NCBI GenBank assembly: GCA_017608345.1
Contig: JAFCGA010000001.1
Span: 171,036 to 235,035, forward strand
Length of the DNA stretch: 64,000 bases
Direction of reading: 5' to 3'
DNA from: Candidatus Pacearchaeota archaeon
GTDB lineage: Archaea > Nanobdellota > Nanobdellia > UBA10117 > JAFCGA01
This document shows positions 19,223 through 29,112 of this stretch, piece after piece; the first letter of the stretch is position 1; each line of letters begins with the position of its first letter. The translations under genes were made by a program, and so were the position numbers. The notes below the pieces were generated by a model. The model saw only the letters and a list, made by a program, of their open reading frames with translations, did not search any database and was not told the origin of the DNA.

Positions 19223-19873
19223 ATGCTAGAAGCCACGATAGAAGAGCAGAGAAATAATTTAGTAAGTCCCATAGACACGTATAAACAAGAATGCATCTCT
19301 GCTGCTCTAAAATCCGCGCGAAGAGCTACATATGCGAACTACGGCCGGCAGCTAGAAGTATTAATCGGATCGAACAGATTCTGGGAAAGCCTAATAACTG
19401 CTAAATTTAAGGATCAGCGAGTGATAGAACTCGGACCAGGGCATGATCCGAAAGCAGATACAATTCTTAATCGATACGGTGCTAGCAAATATCTTGGCGT
19501 GGAGCCGTTTTATACGAAAAGTACAATCAGAGAAGTAAGCAAATGTCAAGGGAATATTGAGATAGTAAACGCAGAAGCCATTGACTTCCTTTCTGAGCAG
19601 CCAGACAATTCTGCGATAGTGATGAGTTGCGGCGTAATATGTTCAGAATTATTTCAAGAAGAAATTTTTAGCTCGCGAAAGATCGCTAACGATTATCTCC
19701 GATTTTTAGGTCAGGAGATATATCGAGTGACTCTAGAGAATAATATCACGTTACATCTAACATATTTTGAGCCCTTTGAAATCCAGATGTTCTTCTTAGA
19801 TAATGGATTCGAACAGATAAATAACGCTCCGATAGACGCGAACTACAGAAATATATTTCTTAAACCCGCCTAA
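19223..19873 (+). CDS. Hypothetical protein, possibly class I SAM-dependent methyltransferase-like
   Basis: 216 aa; VIELGPGHD resembles methyltransferase motif I; TATA-like gtttaaaaag about 23 nt upstream; otherwise unrecognised. Confidence 0.3.
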   Translation: MLEATIEEQRNNLVSPIDTYKQECISAALKSARRATYANYGRQLEVLIGSNRFWESLITAKFKDQRVIELGPGHDPKADTILNRYGASKYLGVEPFYTKSTIREVSKCQGNIEIVNAEAIDFLSEQPDNSAIVMSCGVICSELFQEEIFSSRKIANDYLRFLGQEIYRVTLENNITLHLTYFEPFEIQMFFLDNGFEQINNAPIDANYRNIFLKPA

Positions 19874-19913
19874 ATTCCCGAGGTTTTTTAAGAGTTACGA
19901 CTAACAGACTAAT

Positions 19914-20552
19914 ATGCGAGAATTGCAAGGAACAGTAGTTGTAGAAGAAGGATTAGCTAAGTTGCTAATCGGCGATCCTGAGACTTATTATACTATGCAA
20001 GAATGCGGCTCCAAACATGAGCCAGAAGCACAAAAGTACATCACACAAAGAAAGGAAAATATAAGACAGCTACTAAATATAGTAGAGTTCAGCAATCCCC
20101 CGAATTTTTACATATTTGCTCGGACACTTCAAGAATTGAAATTAAACAGCTTCGGACGGAAGGGGGAGTTCCGCGGGAGATATGGTTGGGGAGAAGGATA
20201 CATACAGAAATCATCATTTCCGCCCCTACCGGCTAAAAATATAAGAAATGCCATGTGCAATGGAAATGAAGTAGGCAAAGTATTCCTTGCACTAGAGACA
20301 GAGCTTAGACGGAATGATAAAGAAGAATTAAAGCTCTTTGTGTGTATTCCTTATGAAGAACAATACTTAATGCTAAGGAGAAGCAGGAAAGGTCAATGCG
20401 GAGTATACCTCCGAGGTCGCATACCAGAGGAACAATTCATGCCCGCATATTCTGCTAACTTAGAAAATATTTGTGATTATGAACTACCACCGCTTAAAGC
20501 TACACTACGAAAACTAAACAGAGTTCTTCTCAAACGTGCGAAAGTTATATAA
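19914..20552 (+). CDS. Hypothetical protein
   Basis: 212-aa ORF; TATA-like ttttttaagag about 25 nt upstream; no family recognised. Confidence 0.5.
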   Translation: MRELQGTVVVEEGLAKLLIGDPETYYTMQECGSKHEPEAQKYITQRKENIRQLLNIVEFSNPPNFYIFARTLQELKLNSFGRKGEFRGRYGWGEGYIQKSSFPPLPAKNIRNAMCNGNEVGKVFLALETELRRNDKEELKLFVCIPYEEQYLMLRRSRKGQCGVYLRGRIPEEQFMPAYSANLENICDYELPPLKATLRKLNRVLLKRAKVI

Positions 20553-20607
20553 ATACCTTAAGAGTGGCTTAAGCATTAGTGAATTTACTCAAATTCCTTA
20601 AGATAAA

Positions 20608-22785
20608 ATGGCATCAATGACTGAAAGAGTATTAGAGCTTATGAAGAAGCCTACGAATATTAGAAATATTGGTATAGTCGCACATATCGATCATGGTAAA
20701 ACAACCTTATCAGATAATCTTCTAGCTGGTGCTGGGATGATGTCTGAGGATCTTGCTGGAAAACAGCGAGTTATGGATTTCTTAGAAGAGGAACAGCAAC
20801 GAGGTATCACGATTCAGACTGCTAACATCTCAATGGTTCACACGATCGGCGATGATGAATTCTTAATCAATCTATTAGATACGCCTGGGCACGTTGATTT
20901 CGGAGGCGACGTCACTAGAGCTATGAGAGCAGTAGACGGAGCAGTGGTTGTAGTTTGTGCAGTAGAGGGAGCTATGCCTCAGACTGAGACGGTTCTTCGT
21001 CAGGCACTAAAAGACCGAGTTAAGCCAGTTCTATTCATCAACAAAGTCGATAGACTAATCAAAGAGCTTCAGCTAACTCCGGAGAAAATGCAGGAGCAAT
21101 TCGTCAAGATCATTAATAACGTCAATAAGATTATTAGGAATATAGCACCGCCAGAATACCGGGAAAAATGGCAAGTTTCCGTACAGGAGGGCTCTGTCGC
21201 ATTTGGTTCAGCATATCATAATTGGGGGCTTAGCTTCTCGATTATGCAGAAGAAGAAGCTCGGATTTAAAGACGTTTTAGATGCTTATTCAAATGACAAA
21301 ACAAAAGAATTTGCTAAGCAAGCTCCAGTTCACGAAGCTCTTTTGAATATGGCTGTAAATCACCTTCCAAACCCGGTTGATGCTCAGAAATATCGTATTC
21401 CAAAGCTATGGCCTGGCGACAAAGATACTGAATTAGGGAAAGAACTAATTGCTTGCGATGCTAGAGGTAGGCTAGTTGGAGTGATAACTAAAATCACCGT
21501 TGACCCTCAAGCAGGAGAGATAGCAGCTTGCAGGTTATTTTCTGGGACACTGAAGAAAGGTATGACTCTTCGGCTAAATCAAGTCAAGAAAGACGAAAGA
21601 GTACAGCAAGTATTCATTTACAAAGGCGCGCAGAGAATTGCAGTAGATGAAGCTCTAGCAGGAAATATCATCGGTATGGTCGGACTTAAAGGAGTCAGTT
21701 CTGGTGAGACTATTTCCGAAGGCGATGTCGAACCTTTCGAAGGCATAAAGCACATATTTGAACCAGTAGTTACTAAGGCTATTGAAGCTAAGAATCCGAA
21801 AGACTTGCCTAAGTTAATTGAGGTGCTTAAGCAGCTAGCTAAAGAAGATCCGACAATTGTTATCTCTATTAACGAGCAAACTGGTGAAAATTTACTTAGT
21901 GGGCTCGGTGAGCTACATCTTGAGATCAAAGAAAACATAATCAAACGAGATCGAGGATTGCAAATAGTCACATCTCCGCCGATCGTTGTTTACCGAGAGA
22001 GCGTTAAGAGTAGTGCGGGTCCGGTTTTAGGTAAATCTCCGAATAAGCACAACCATTTATTCATATCTGTTGAGCCTATGAGTGAGCAATTGTTCAGGGG
22101 AATTGCTTCCGGAGAAATTCCAGAAACTCGAATTAAAAAGAAGAATAAAACAATAGTTGAGCAGCTAGTACAGTACGGAATGGAGCGGAATACAGCTTAT
22201 GACGTTAAAGATATCTATAAGGGAAATATGCTAATGGACGCAACAAAAGGTATTGTTCATATTCAGGAAATCATGGAGTTAGTTATGCAATCTTTTGAAG
22301 CAGTTTGCGATGCTGGACCGCTAGCTAAGGAGCCAATGGCGCGTATGATTGTCAAGCTAACGGACTGTAAGCTACACGAGGATTCGATTCATCGAGGTCC
22401 GGCGCAGATTATCCCTGCCATGAGACAAGGTATTTTGTATGCTATGTTAGAAGCAGGTCCTATGCTTTTTGAACCAGTTCAGACAATCCGAATTGATTCT
22501 CCTGCTGATTATCTTGGCGTTATTAGCAAAACAATTCAAGGCCGACGTGGACAGATATTAGATACTTCGCAAGAGGGAGAGAATCTAGTTGTAACAGCTA
22601 AAATGCCTGTCGGAGAAATGTTCGGTTTTACTTCAGCACTTAGATCCGCTACTTCGGGTCACGGCGCTTGGTTCTTAGTTGATCAAGAATTTGAAAAGCT
22701 TCCTGATAACTTGCAGGAAGATATAGTTACGCGAATCCGAGAGCGAAAGGGTATGAAGAAAGAAATACCTAAGCTAGAAGAATGA
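20608..22785 (+). CDS. fusA: Elongation factor 2 (aEF-2)
   Basis: 725 aa; GTPase G1 AHIDHGKTT, DTPGHVDF, NKVDR; diphthamide-loop region HEDSIHRG; archaeal EF-2 length. Confidence 0.97.
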   Translation: MASMTERVLELMKKPTNIRNIGIVAHIDHGKTTLSDNLLAGAGMMSEDLAGKQRVMDFLEEEQQRGITIQTANISMVHTIGDDEFLINLLDTPGHVDFGGDVTRAMRAVDGAVVVVCAVEGAMPQTETVLRQALKDRVKPVLFINKVDRLIKELQLTPEKMQEQFVKIINNVNKIIRNIAPPEYREKWQVSVQEGSVAFGSAYHNWGLSFSIMQKKKLGFKDVLDAYSNDKTKEFAKQAPVHEALLNMAVNHLPNPVDAQKYRIPKLWPGDKDTELGKELIACDARGRLVGVITKITVDPQAGEIAACRLFSGTLKKGMTLRLNQVKKDERVQQVFIYKGAQRIAVDEALAGNIIGMVGLKGVSSGETISEGDVEPFEGIKHIFEPVVTKAIEAKNPKDLPKLIEVLKQLAKEDPTIVISINEQTGENLLSGLGELHLEIKENIIKRDRGLQIVTSPPIVVYRESVKSSAGPVLGKSPNKHNHLFISVEPMSEQLFRGIASGEIPETRIKKKNKTIVEQLVQYGMERNTAYDVKDIYKGNMLMDATKGIVHIQEIMELVMQSFEAVCDAGPLAKEPMARMIVKLTDCKLHEDSIHRGPAQIIPAMRQGILYAMLEAGPMLFEPVQTIRIDSPADYLGVISKTIQGRRGQILDTSQEGENLVVTAKMPVGEMFGFTSALRSATSGHGAWFLVDQEFEKLPDNLQEDIVTRIRERKGMKKEIPKLEE

Positions 22786-23120
22786 TAAAATCAAAAACAA
22801 AGATCTTACTTCGGAAAATCTTTGATATCTTGCTAATCATAACATTTAGCGGAATCGGCATTTATTCGATTTCCTTCTTCCTGGCAAAGCCGCTTTCCAC
22901 CTCAGTTGCTATTTTATTATTAGCAGTGATTATTATTACGGCAATTAGCAGCTTAACCTTTTGGATAGGAATAATATATCTAGCAATCCAGCATATGAGG
23001 GGGATCCGGGGAGCTATATGGGGAGCGATAATATTTCTTATTCCCTTCATAGCCATCGTTTATTACTTCATTGAAGTACGACCGACGCTTAAGGAAGCTG
23101 ATCCAGTAGCCCCCGCTTGA
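22782..23120 (+). CDS. PLDc_N-domain membrane protein
   Basis: 112 aa, start overlaps the aEF-2 stop (ATGA); ..IWGAIIFLIPFIAIVYYFIEVR pattern. Confidence 0.55.
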   Translation: MIKSKTKILLRKIFDILLIITFSGIGIYSISFFLAKPLSTSVAILLLAVIIITAISSLTFWIGIIYLAIQHMRGIRGAIWGAIIFLIPFIAIVYYFIEVRPTLKEADPVAPA

Positions 23121-23162
23121 TTTTTCAGAAAGATATTTTAACTAAGCAAGATTATTCTAGCT

Positions 23163-23456
23163 ATGGAAATCAAAGACAAAAAGAAACTATTCGATGGTTT
23201 GCTTGTAGCAATGGTAGTCGGACTTATAATGTACCTTATTGGTATGTGGTTAACTACATCCCGTACAGGAGCTGGAGCGATGGGCCCAGTCACAGTAGTA
23301 TTTATGGCAATTGCGGGGATTTGCGGATTCATCTTCTGGTTAGCTATGCTAATACAGACAGCTAAAGAGAAGAAATGGGCTTGGTTTGTAGCCATACTTC
23401 TAGTAAACATAATTGGAATAGCTTACTACTTTGCCGAATATAGGAAAAAATTGTAA
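23163..23456 (+). CDS. PLDc_N-domain membrane protein
   Basis: 97 aa; ..KEKKWAWFVAILLVNIIGIAYYFAEYRKK pattern; overlapping ORFs 23117-23365 (+) and 23138-23410 (-) judged spurious. Confidence 0.55.
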   Translation: MEIKDKKKLFDGLLVAMVVGLIMYLIGMWLTTSRTGAGAMGPVTVVFMAIAGICGFIFWLAMLIQTAKEKKWAWFVAILLVNIIGIAYYFAEYRKKL

Positions 23457-23503
23457 GTATTTATTAGCGCAAAAGATATATACTTTATGCGCCTTTTTTT
23501 ATT

Positions 23504-23611
23504 ATGGATTTGGTAGCTCTTGCAGTAATACTAAGTGTTGTCGGCGTTTATATTATATATGTGCTGGTGATGAAGAAATTAGAAAAAAAGAAAACTAAGA
23601 AGAAATTGTAA
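23504..23611 (+). CDS. Small single-TM peptide (35 aa), below the ORF-track cutoff
   Basis: MDLVALAVILSVVGVYIIYVLVMKKLEKKKTKKKL; TATA-like gatatatac about 22 nt upstream; 3' end overlaps the convergent 23595 gene by 17 nt. Confidence 0.35.
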   Translation: MDLVALAVILSVVGVYIIYVLVMKKLEKKKTKKKL

Positions 23612-24056
23612 CAAATTCTTCGGGATAACTTGCCTCGTAAGCGAATCTTTCATATGGTCTTTTGATTTCTAGCTCAGCTTCGAAGTCTCGCTCGTAGTTA
23701 GGAAGAAGTTCACCGCCTTGCGTATTTGGCTGTACGGTTTCAGTTCCCACAATATTATCGTCTGCGTCATAGAAATCTATTTTGATCTTAACGTGTCGGG
23801 GAATTTTGTAGCCGCGATTGATGATTTTCCCTTCGCAGCTTGCTCCGTAATCGTTAGGTATATTTGGATCACCGTCAGTGTTCTCGCAAGAGATTGAAAG
23901 CACTTCTATGTCTACTTCTTTTTGCGTTGTGTCTGCGGGCGTCGTCGGTTGCGTTTGCTGTGACTGAGTAGTTGTCTGATCGGTAGTCTGTTGGTCTGTG
24001 CAGCCGCTAACTAGAAGAACGCATGCTAAAATTGCAATAATTGCTAGCTTTTTCAT
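23595..24056 (-). CDS. Lipoprotein with FxLYD-like domain
   Basis: 153 aa; lipobox-like LLVSGC, Thr/Gln-rich linker, ..GKIINRGYKIPRHVKIKIDFYDADDNIVG.. resembling archaeal FxLYD domains. Confidence 0.5.
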   Translation of the reverse strand: MKKLAIIAILACVLLVSGCTDQQTTDQTTTQSQQTQPTTPADTTQKEVDIEVLSISCENTDGDPNIPNDYGASCEGKIINRGYKIPRHVKIKIDFYDADDNIVGTETVQPNTQGGELLPNYERDFEAELEIKRPYERFAYEASYPEEFVTISS

Positions 24057-24087
24057 GTGATTAATTGGTGCTCAGAGAATAAAAGAG

Positions 24088-24639
24088 TTACGATTTATGT
24101 ATTATCTCCAGCTCTGGAGCGAAGATTCTTAGATAAGCATGAGAATCAGATAATCGCTTCGATCCACTAAACGTCTTAAGGTGCTTCACTATTCCTTGTT
24201 TATAGGTCTCCTTCGCATTATCTAGCTTCCATATAAGCTCCTTCTGAGCGCTTGGATCAAATGGCAGGTTTACAACGAGGCCAGACTCGCTAATCTGCTC
24301 CTTCCATTGAGATGCTTTCTGAATGAATTCAATACACGCATCAGCTTCTTCATACATCTTAGTGAAGATGTTAAAATAACAAGGAATATCTCTAAAGTGC
24401 TCGTAATAAGCCGCTTTTGGAAAATTCACTCCCTTTACTCGAATATGACACATTGTGAAATTATGTTTCTCAAAAGAACCTGCATACTTCGGAACATCTG
24501 GATGACTTACAGTATTGATCCACATATCTGTGGACTGACATAGCGAAATCTCCGTTTCTGCCTCCCCTACGGATTTAGCTTTATGTATAAATTCTTCTAG
24601 ATTTCCGGGCTTTCTCAGGAGTGAGTATCTTAGCGTCAT
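24088..24639 (-). CDS. Hypothetical protein
   Basis: 183-aa ORF; TATA-like gcttaaataac about 22 nt upstream; no family recognised. Confidence 0.5.
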   Translation of the reverse strand: MTLRYSLLRKPGNLEEFIHKAKSVGEAETEISLCQSTDMWINTVSHPDVPKYAGSFEKHNFTMCHIRVKGVNFPKAAYYEHFRDIPCYFNIFTKMYEEADACIEFIQKASQWKEQISESGLVVNLPFDPSAQKELIWKLDNAKETYKQGIVKHLKTFSGSKRLSDSHAYLRIFAPELEIIHKS

Positions 24640-24699
24640 AATTTAAGTCTATTAGCAAGTTATTTAAGCATTATTATCTTATCATTTAACGATAGTAAA

Positions 24700-25470
24700 A
24701 TGTTTGGAAGAAAAAAAACCGATAGCACCCAAGAATTAGTAAATCCACAGTTAGCACCAGCTCCATCTCAGCCAACTTTAGACTGGATACAGCCAACAAA
24801 AGATGTTCATAAAGCGATCGCTTCATTTAGCTTATTTGAGCCAAATATGCTGCTCGAGCTAGCGCCAGAGGGTGTTTATATAACTCTTAAGGAAAAAGTA
24901 GAAGAAAAGGATGGTATGATGTTCCGGACAGATTATGTACTCGTACCGCAAGATACGATTATAGTACGAAAAGACAGATTTGAGATTCTGGATAAATACG
25001 TTGAGAGGTTTGATAGTATTATTACAAAACACATAGCACTGAATGATGATCGCGAAAATGATTCTCCTTCTTTTACTAATAAGCCATCTGAAATATTTAG
25101 ATCAATATCCAGCGACGGGTGGGATACTTACTATCTGGGAGATCTCAGACTTCTAGAAGTTAAATCAGATGTATGTAATATTTGCGCGGACTGCAATGAA
25201 CAGATAACTACTTGGAATCTATATAGCGGAAGCTACTCTCGAAACGAGAATGGTGGGGCCCTCAATGAAGTTAGAACGTTCAGAATCCACAATGCATTAC
25301 AAGAAGTTCTAGCTAGAAGCAAAATGGCTATCATTGCTCTGGAACATCCCTGTGCCAATAGATCTTTAAATTCTATTATTTATAGAAATTATAAACAAGC
25401 AGCAGATCCACCTAAGCTAGAAGTTGTTTTTCCGCCAGCATACGCTGCTAAAATGAAGGCGAGCTATTAA
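24700..25470 (+). CDS. Hypothetical protein
   Basis: 256-aa ORF divergent from 24639 gene; TATA-like gttatttaagc about 30 nt upstream; no family recognised. Confidence 0.5.
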   Translation: MFGRKKTDSTQELVNPQLAPAPSQPTLDWIQPTKDVHKAIASFSLFEPNMLLELAPEGVYITLKEKVEEKDGMMFRTDYVLVPQDTIIVRKDRFEILDKYVERFDSIITKHIALNDDRENDSPSFTNKPSEIFRSISSDGWDTYYLGDLRLLEVKSDVCNICADCNEQITTWNLYSGSYSRNENGGALNEVRTFRIHNALQEVLARSKMAIIALEHPCANRSLNSIIYRNYKQAADPPKLEVVFPPAYAAKMKASY

Positions 25471-25549
25471 TTTAGTGGTTAAGTTCTGAGTTAGTCCGTA
25501 ATAAAGCCATTTACAAAAAGAATTTATGCTAGTAAGTATTTGACTAAGT

Positions 25550-26179
25550 ATGGTAAAACTAGAAGGAGAATTAGCTTTCGAAGCGCAGGAAGCCCTAGGG
25601 GCGATGCATGAAGGAATTGATATTGGTAAGCGGATAGTAACTGCGACGCATAATCTCGAGAATAAACTATTAGCTTTTGACTACGTGATGATGCATATTG
25701 AGTTCAATTACTCTCATCACGACGAGATTTACACTTTCTTTACGGAAATTTCCGACATTATCGCTGCGCTAAATAAGAAACTTAATAAGATTCGGCGCGG
25801 AGGGCTTCATTTTATTGCTGAAGAGAAAACTATTGAGAACTGGATTCTTAAGCATAAGTTAAGCGAAGCTGGGAAGAGGGTGCGCGTTTGGCATAAAATT
25901 ATAGCTACGATTAAATGGGAAAAGCGCGAAGAAGTTTTGGTTAATAAACGAATAATTCGTCGGCTTAACGCTGACTTTCAGAAGTTGAAGAAACTCTATT
26001 CTGAAGCTGATCATCTCTTCTTAATTCATGAGGAGAAAGCTAAGATAACTGAAATTAAGCTAAAGCTAGAAGAAGACGAAGAGCGAGTAAAGCACATTTT
26101 GGAACAAGTTATGCGATTTATATTTACTTATGAGAAACTTCTGGGAGAGATGGTGCGGGAGTTAGAATCTAAGGATTAG
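25550..26179 (+). CDS. Hypothetical coiled-coil protein
   Basis: 209-aa ORF rich in K/E heptad-like segments; no family recognised. Confidence 0.5.
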   Translation: MVKLEGELAFEAQEALGAMHEGIDIGKRIVTATHNLENKLLAFDYVMMHIEFNYSHHDEIYTFFTEISDIIAALNKKLNKIRRGGLHFIAEEKTIENWILKHKLSEAGKRVRVWHKIIATIKWEKREEVLVNKRIIRRLNADFQKLKKLYSEADHLFLIHEEKAKITEIKLKLEEDEERVKHILEQVMRFIFTYEKLLGEMVRELESKD

Positions 26180-26220
26180 ACCAAAGAAACCCTTTTAACT
26201 TTTTCTTAGTTAAACTACTC

Positions 26221-27324
26221 ATGTCAACTCTTATACATCTAGCTCCATCGATATTGGGTGTTAAAGAAGAGAACCTAGATTCGGTGATTAGCCAGCTTAA
26301 TAAAATTCCTTATGTGAATTACCTTCATATTGATGTTATGGATGGAGAATTTGTTCCTCAGAAGACGATTTATCTTGATCCCGCAAATATCCGCAGACTA
26401 AGAGATAAAACACATATTCCACTAGATGTTCACTTAATGGTCGCTGAACCAGAGAAATATGTTGATGCGTTTGCAGACGCTGGTGCGAGCATGTTTACTT
26501 TTCATCACGAAGCTACTCGTTATCCAACGGAGCTGATAGATAAAATACATAGACGAGATATGTCTGCGGGAATGGCTCTCAATCCTAATTCTCCGATGAA
26601 TACTATGTATCACTTGCTCGATAATCTCGAACTGGTGCTTTTGATGTCAGTAAATCCGGGCAAGGGAGGACAAGCGTATCTCAACCACGTTACTGACAGG
26701 ATTAGAACTATGAGATCTGCTATTGATTCTCGGGAGCGCAATACTTTAATCTCAGTCGACGGTGGAATAAATTTAGATAATCGCTATTTGCCAATTAATG
26801 CCGGAGCGAATACAATCGTAAGTGGCTCGGGACTATTTTCTGAAGGGGATCTTTATTCTAATATTAGAAAGATGAAAGATCTAGTTCTACTCTGCTCAGA
26901 TCACGGCGGATATAGACTAAAAGAAGAGCTTAAGACATTCCTGAACTCTGAAGGCTATGCCTATCATGATCTGGGAACTCACAGTGAAGAATCCTGTGAT
27001 TATCCAGATATTGCGCAGGCTGCGGCTCCCTGGATATCTGCAGGACTCTATAAGTTTCTTGTTGCATGCTGCGGAACTGGAATCGGAATCTCTGTGCAGT
27101 TTAATCGCTATCCTAATGTTATCGCTGCTCCAGTTTACAGCAAGGAGGTTGCTAAACTAGCTCGGGAGCACAATGATCTAAATGTGCCTTGCTTTGGTGA
27201 GCGGACAATGGACTGGGAGGATTCTAAAAAACGGTTAAAGATCTGTCTTGAAACCCCTTTTTCAGGTGAGCCGCGGCACGCTAGAAGAATTGCTAAGATC
27301 GAAGATTGGCAAAAGATTAAATAA
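26221..27324 (+). CDS. Fusion protein: ribulose-phosphate 3-epimerase + ribose-5-phosphate isomerase B
   Basis: N-terminal half has Rpe motifs (HIDVMDGEFVPQ, HLMV, SVNPG, VDGGI); C-terminal half has RpiB/LacAB motifs (CSDHGGY.., CCGTGIGISV.., GERT). Confidence 0.85.
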   Translation: MSTLIHLAPSILGVKEENLDSVISQLNKIPYVNYLHIDVMDGEFVPQKTIYLDPANIRRLRDKTHIPLDVHLMVAEPEKYVDAFADAGASMFTFHHEATRYPTELIDKIHRRDMSAGMALNPNSPMNTMYHLLDNLELVLLMSVNPGKGGQAYLNHVTDRIRTMRSAIDSRERNTLISVDGGINLDNRYLPINAGANTIVSGSGLFSEGDLYSNIRKMKDLVLLCSDHGGYRLKEELKTFLNSEGYAYHDLGTHSEESCDYPDIAQAAAPWISAGLYKFLVACCGTGIGISVQFNRYPNVIAAPVYSKEVAKLAREHNDLNVPCFGERTMDWEDSKKRLKICLETPFSGEPRHARRIAKIEDWQKIK

Positions 27325-27344
27325 TTCTACGTTCTTTTATTGAT

Positions 27345-27542
27345 ATGAAAAAAGCTGAGAAAGTGAGAAAATATTCTATGCTAATGTATCTCGGGCTGTT
27401 CTTGTTATTTCCGATATTGTTCTTTAGCAGCGCAGTTGAGGGGACGGCGTGGTTTCATGTTTTTGGGATTATGTCTTTAGTTGGGTCTGCGATTGCTATC
27501 TATAGCTTTGTTATGCTGCTGCGGGCCCGGAAGAAGCGCTAG
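27345..27542 (+). CDS. Small membrane protein
   Basis: 65-aa ORF with two TM helices and basic C-terminus. Confidence 0.4.
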   Translation: MKKAEKVRKYSMLMYLGLFLLFPILFFSSAVEGTAWFHVFGIMSLVGSAIAIYSFVMLLRARKKR

Positions 27543-27578
27543 GCTAAGGCTTTTAAGAGTTACTACTAAAATATTAGT

Positions 27579-28031
27579 ATGGAAAAACTTATCGATCTGC
27601 TTTATGAAAAAGGGTTTCCGAAGTATGAGGAGATCAGCACCAGAGCGAACCATGGACGCGGTTTTAGAACTATAATTACTTCTGGAAAAGTTCCGGAGCT
27701 TACTGCGATCTTAACCTCAGCAGTAAAGGAATTTCTACTTATTGAAGGTCCGCAATTTAAATTATATATTCGCAATGCAGTACATAATGAGTTTGGGTAT
27801 GATGAAAGTAGAATATATTCACTAATCGCTCTCGGAACTTCAGGTATAAAACAAAAGAGCTTACTTGAAGTTGTTAAGCAGAAAGTTCTAGTGACAGCGT
27901 ACGATAAGATCATATTCAAAGGCATGAAGGGGCATGCGCAGGTACTTTATCTCAAAGAGCAAGACTTAGAGAAATTTATTCAAGGGCACACTGAAAAAGT
28001 TGTTATTACGCAGCTAAAGGTTAAGTTCTGA
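27579..28031 (+). CDS. Hypothetical protein (weak paralog of 28546-29112)
   Basis: 150 aa; TATA-like gcttttaagag upstream; shares N-terminal L..L.E+.FP.Y and C-terminal VV(I/L)..LK(V)KF with the 28546 product. Confidence 0.5.
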   Translation: MEKLIDLLYEKGFPKYEEISTRANHGRGFRTIITSGKVPELTAILTSAVKEFLLIEGPQFKLYIRNAVHNEFGYDESRIYSLIALGTSGIKQKSLLEVVKQKVLVTAYDKIIFKGMKGHAQVLYLKEQDLEKFIQGHTEKVVITQLKVKF

Positions 28032-28048
28032 TTAATTAGAAAAATAAT

Positions 28049-28441
28049 TCATATTCTTTCGGTTAATCCTCGCTGCTCTTGTATGAGATAGCTAACAGAT
28101 CGCGGTGCTTTTTGTCGCCTTCTCATCGTGTCCTTAGCTTTCGTATTCCAGATTCGAATTATCTCTTCCTCCGCGATGATTCTTATTGCTGAATTTGATG
28201 CGTCTTCTGCTAGAACTTCGTCGATTACCGCTACGCAAGTATGTATTGATCCATGTTTTTTATACGCCATCAAGTTTGCCCTTAAGCCTTTTTGGCATTG
28301 ATTCAACGCTACTTCCAGGAGCTCTGCCTCTGATTTCAGCATATCCTCAGACAAAACTATATCTCGTTTATATCTTCCTCCGCCGTCGTATTCTCTTCTA
28401 ACTACTCGATATAATGTCAGATTTGCTTCGAGACAGTCCAT
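28049..28441 (-). CDS. Hypothetical protein
   Basis: ATG 28441 (MDCLEANL..) preferred to the TTG at 28492 because a TATA-like ctatttaagaa lies about 22 nt upstream of it. Confidence 0.5.
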   Translation of the reverse strand: MDCLEANLTLYRVVRREYDGGGRYKRDIVLSEDMLKSEAELLEVALNQCQKGLRANLMAYKKHGSIHTCVAVIDEVLAEDASNSAIRIIAEEEIIRIWNTKAKDTMRRRQKAPRSVSYLIQEQRGLTERI

Positions 28442-28545
28442 GCGTTGTTTGATTATATTATTCTTAAATAGATTTTGTTGGTGTAGCAGCAAGGTTGGCT
28501 CTGAAGAAGAGCTAAACTTTTAAGATTTGCTTATTAGTATAAGTT

Positions 28546-29112
28546 ATGACACTTGCAGAAGTTCTTAGAGAAAGAGACTTTCCGTATTATACAACTGTAT
28601 CTAGGGCACAAAAGAACAGACCTGAGCGGAGAGTAATGCTACCGAATCAGTCTCATAGAGTAAAGGAACTCCTCGCTGAAGCACTAACCGAAGTAATCAA
28701 AGAAGAAGGATTCTGTATTAATAGATCTATAACCGCTCAACTTACTGGAGAGTATCTTTATACATCTCCGAAATTGATTCTAGACAGATTGTCTCCAACG
28801 ATCCATAAGCTGCAAATCAAGGAAGCTGCGAAGTTATTGCATACCACTAATCAATATGATAAATTAGTTATCGACTCAAGTCATGCACCGAATGAGAATT
28901 TATATTATCTTCTAGTAGAAGATCTCAAGAAGAGTTTGTTAGAGCGAGCTCGTTATGAAACAGTTATTACTGTTTCTAAGGACTTCGATGAACAATTTGA
29001 TCAGTTACTATTTAATCTACATGAAACTCCACGAGATTTTAAAGCAATGAAAAAGTATTTACTTTATCATACTTCTATTAAACGCGAAGTTGTTCTTCAT
29101 CTAAAGTTCTAA
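28546..29112 (+). CDS. Hypothetical protein (weak paralog of 27579-28031)
   Basis: 188 aa; TATA-like acttttaagat upstream; see 27579 entry. Confidence 0.5.
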   Translation: MTLAEVLRERDFPYYTTVSRAQKNRPERRVMLPNQSHRVKELLAEALTEVIKEEGFCINRSITAQLTGEYLYTSPKLILDRLSPTIHKLQIKEAAKLLHTTNQYDKLVIDSSHAPNENLYYLLVEDLKKSLLERARYETVITVSKDFDEQFDQLLFNLHETPRDFKAMKKYLLYHTSIKREVVLHLKF

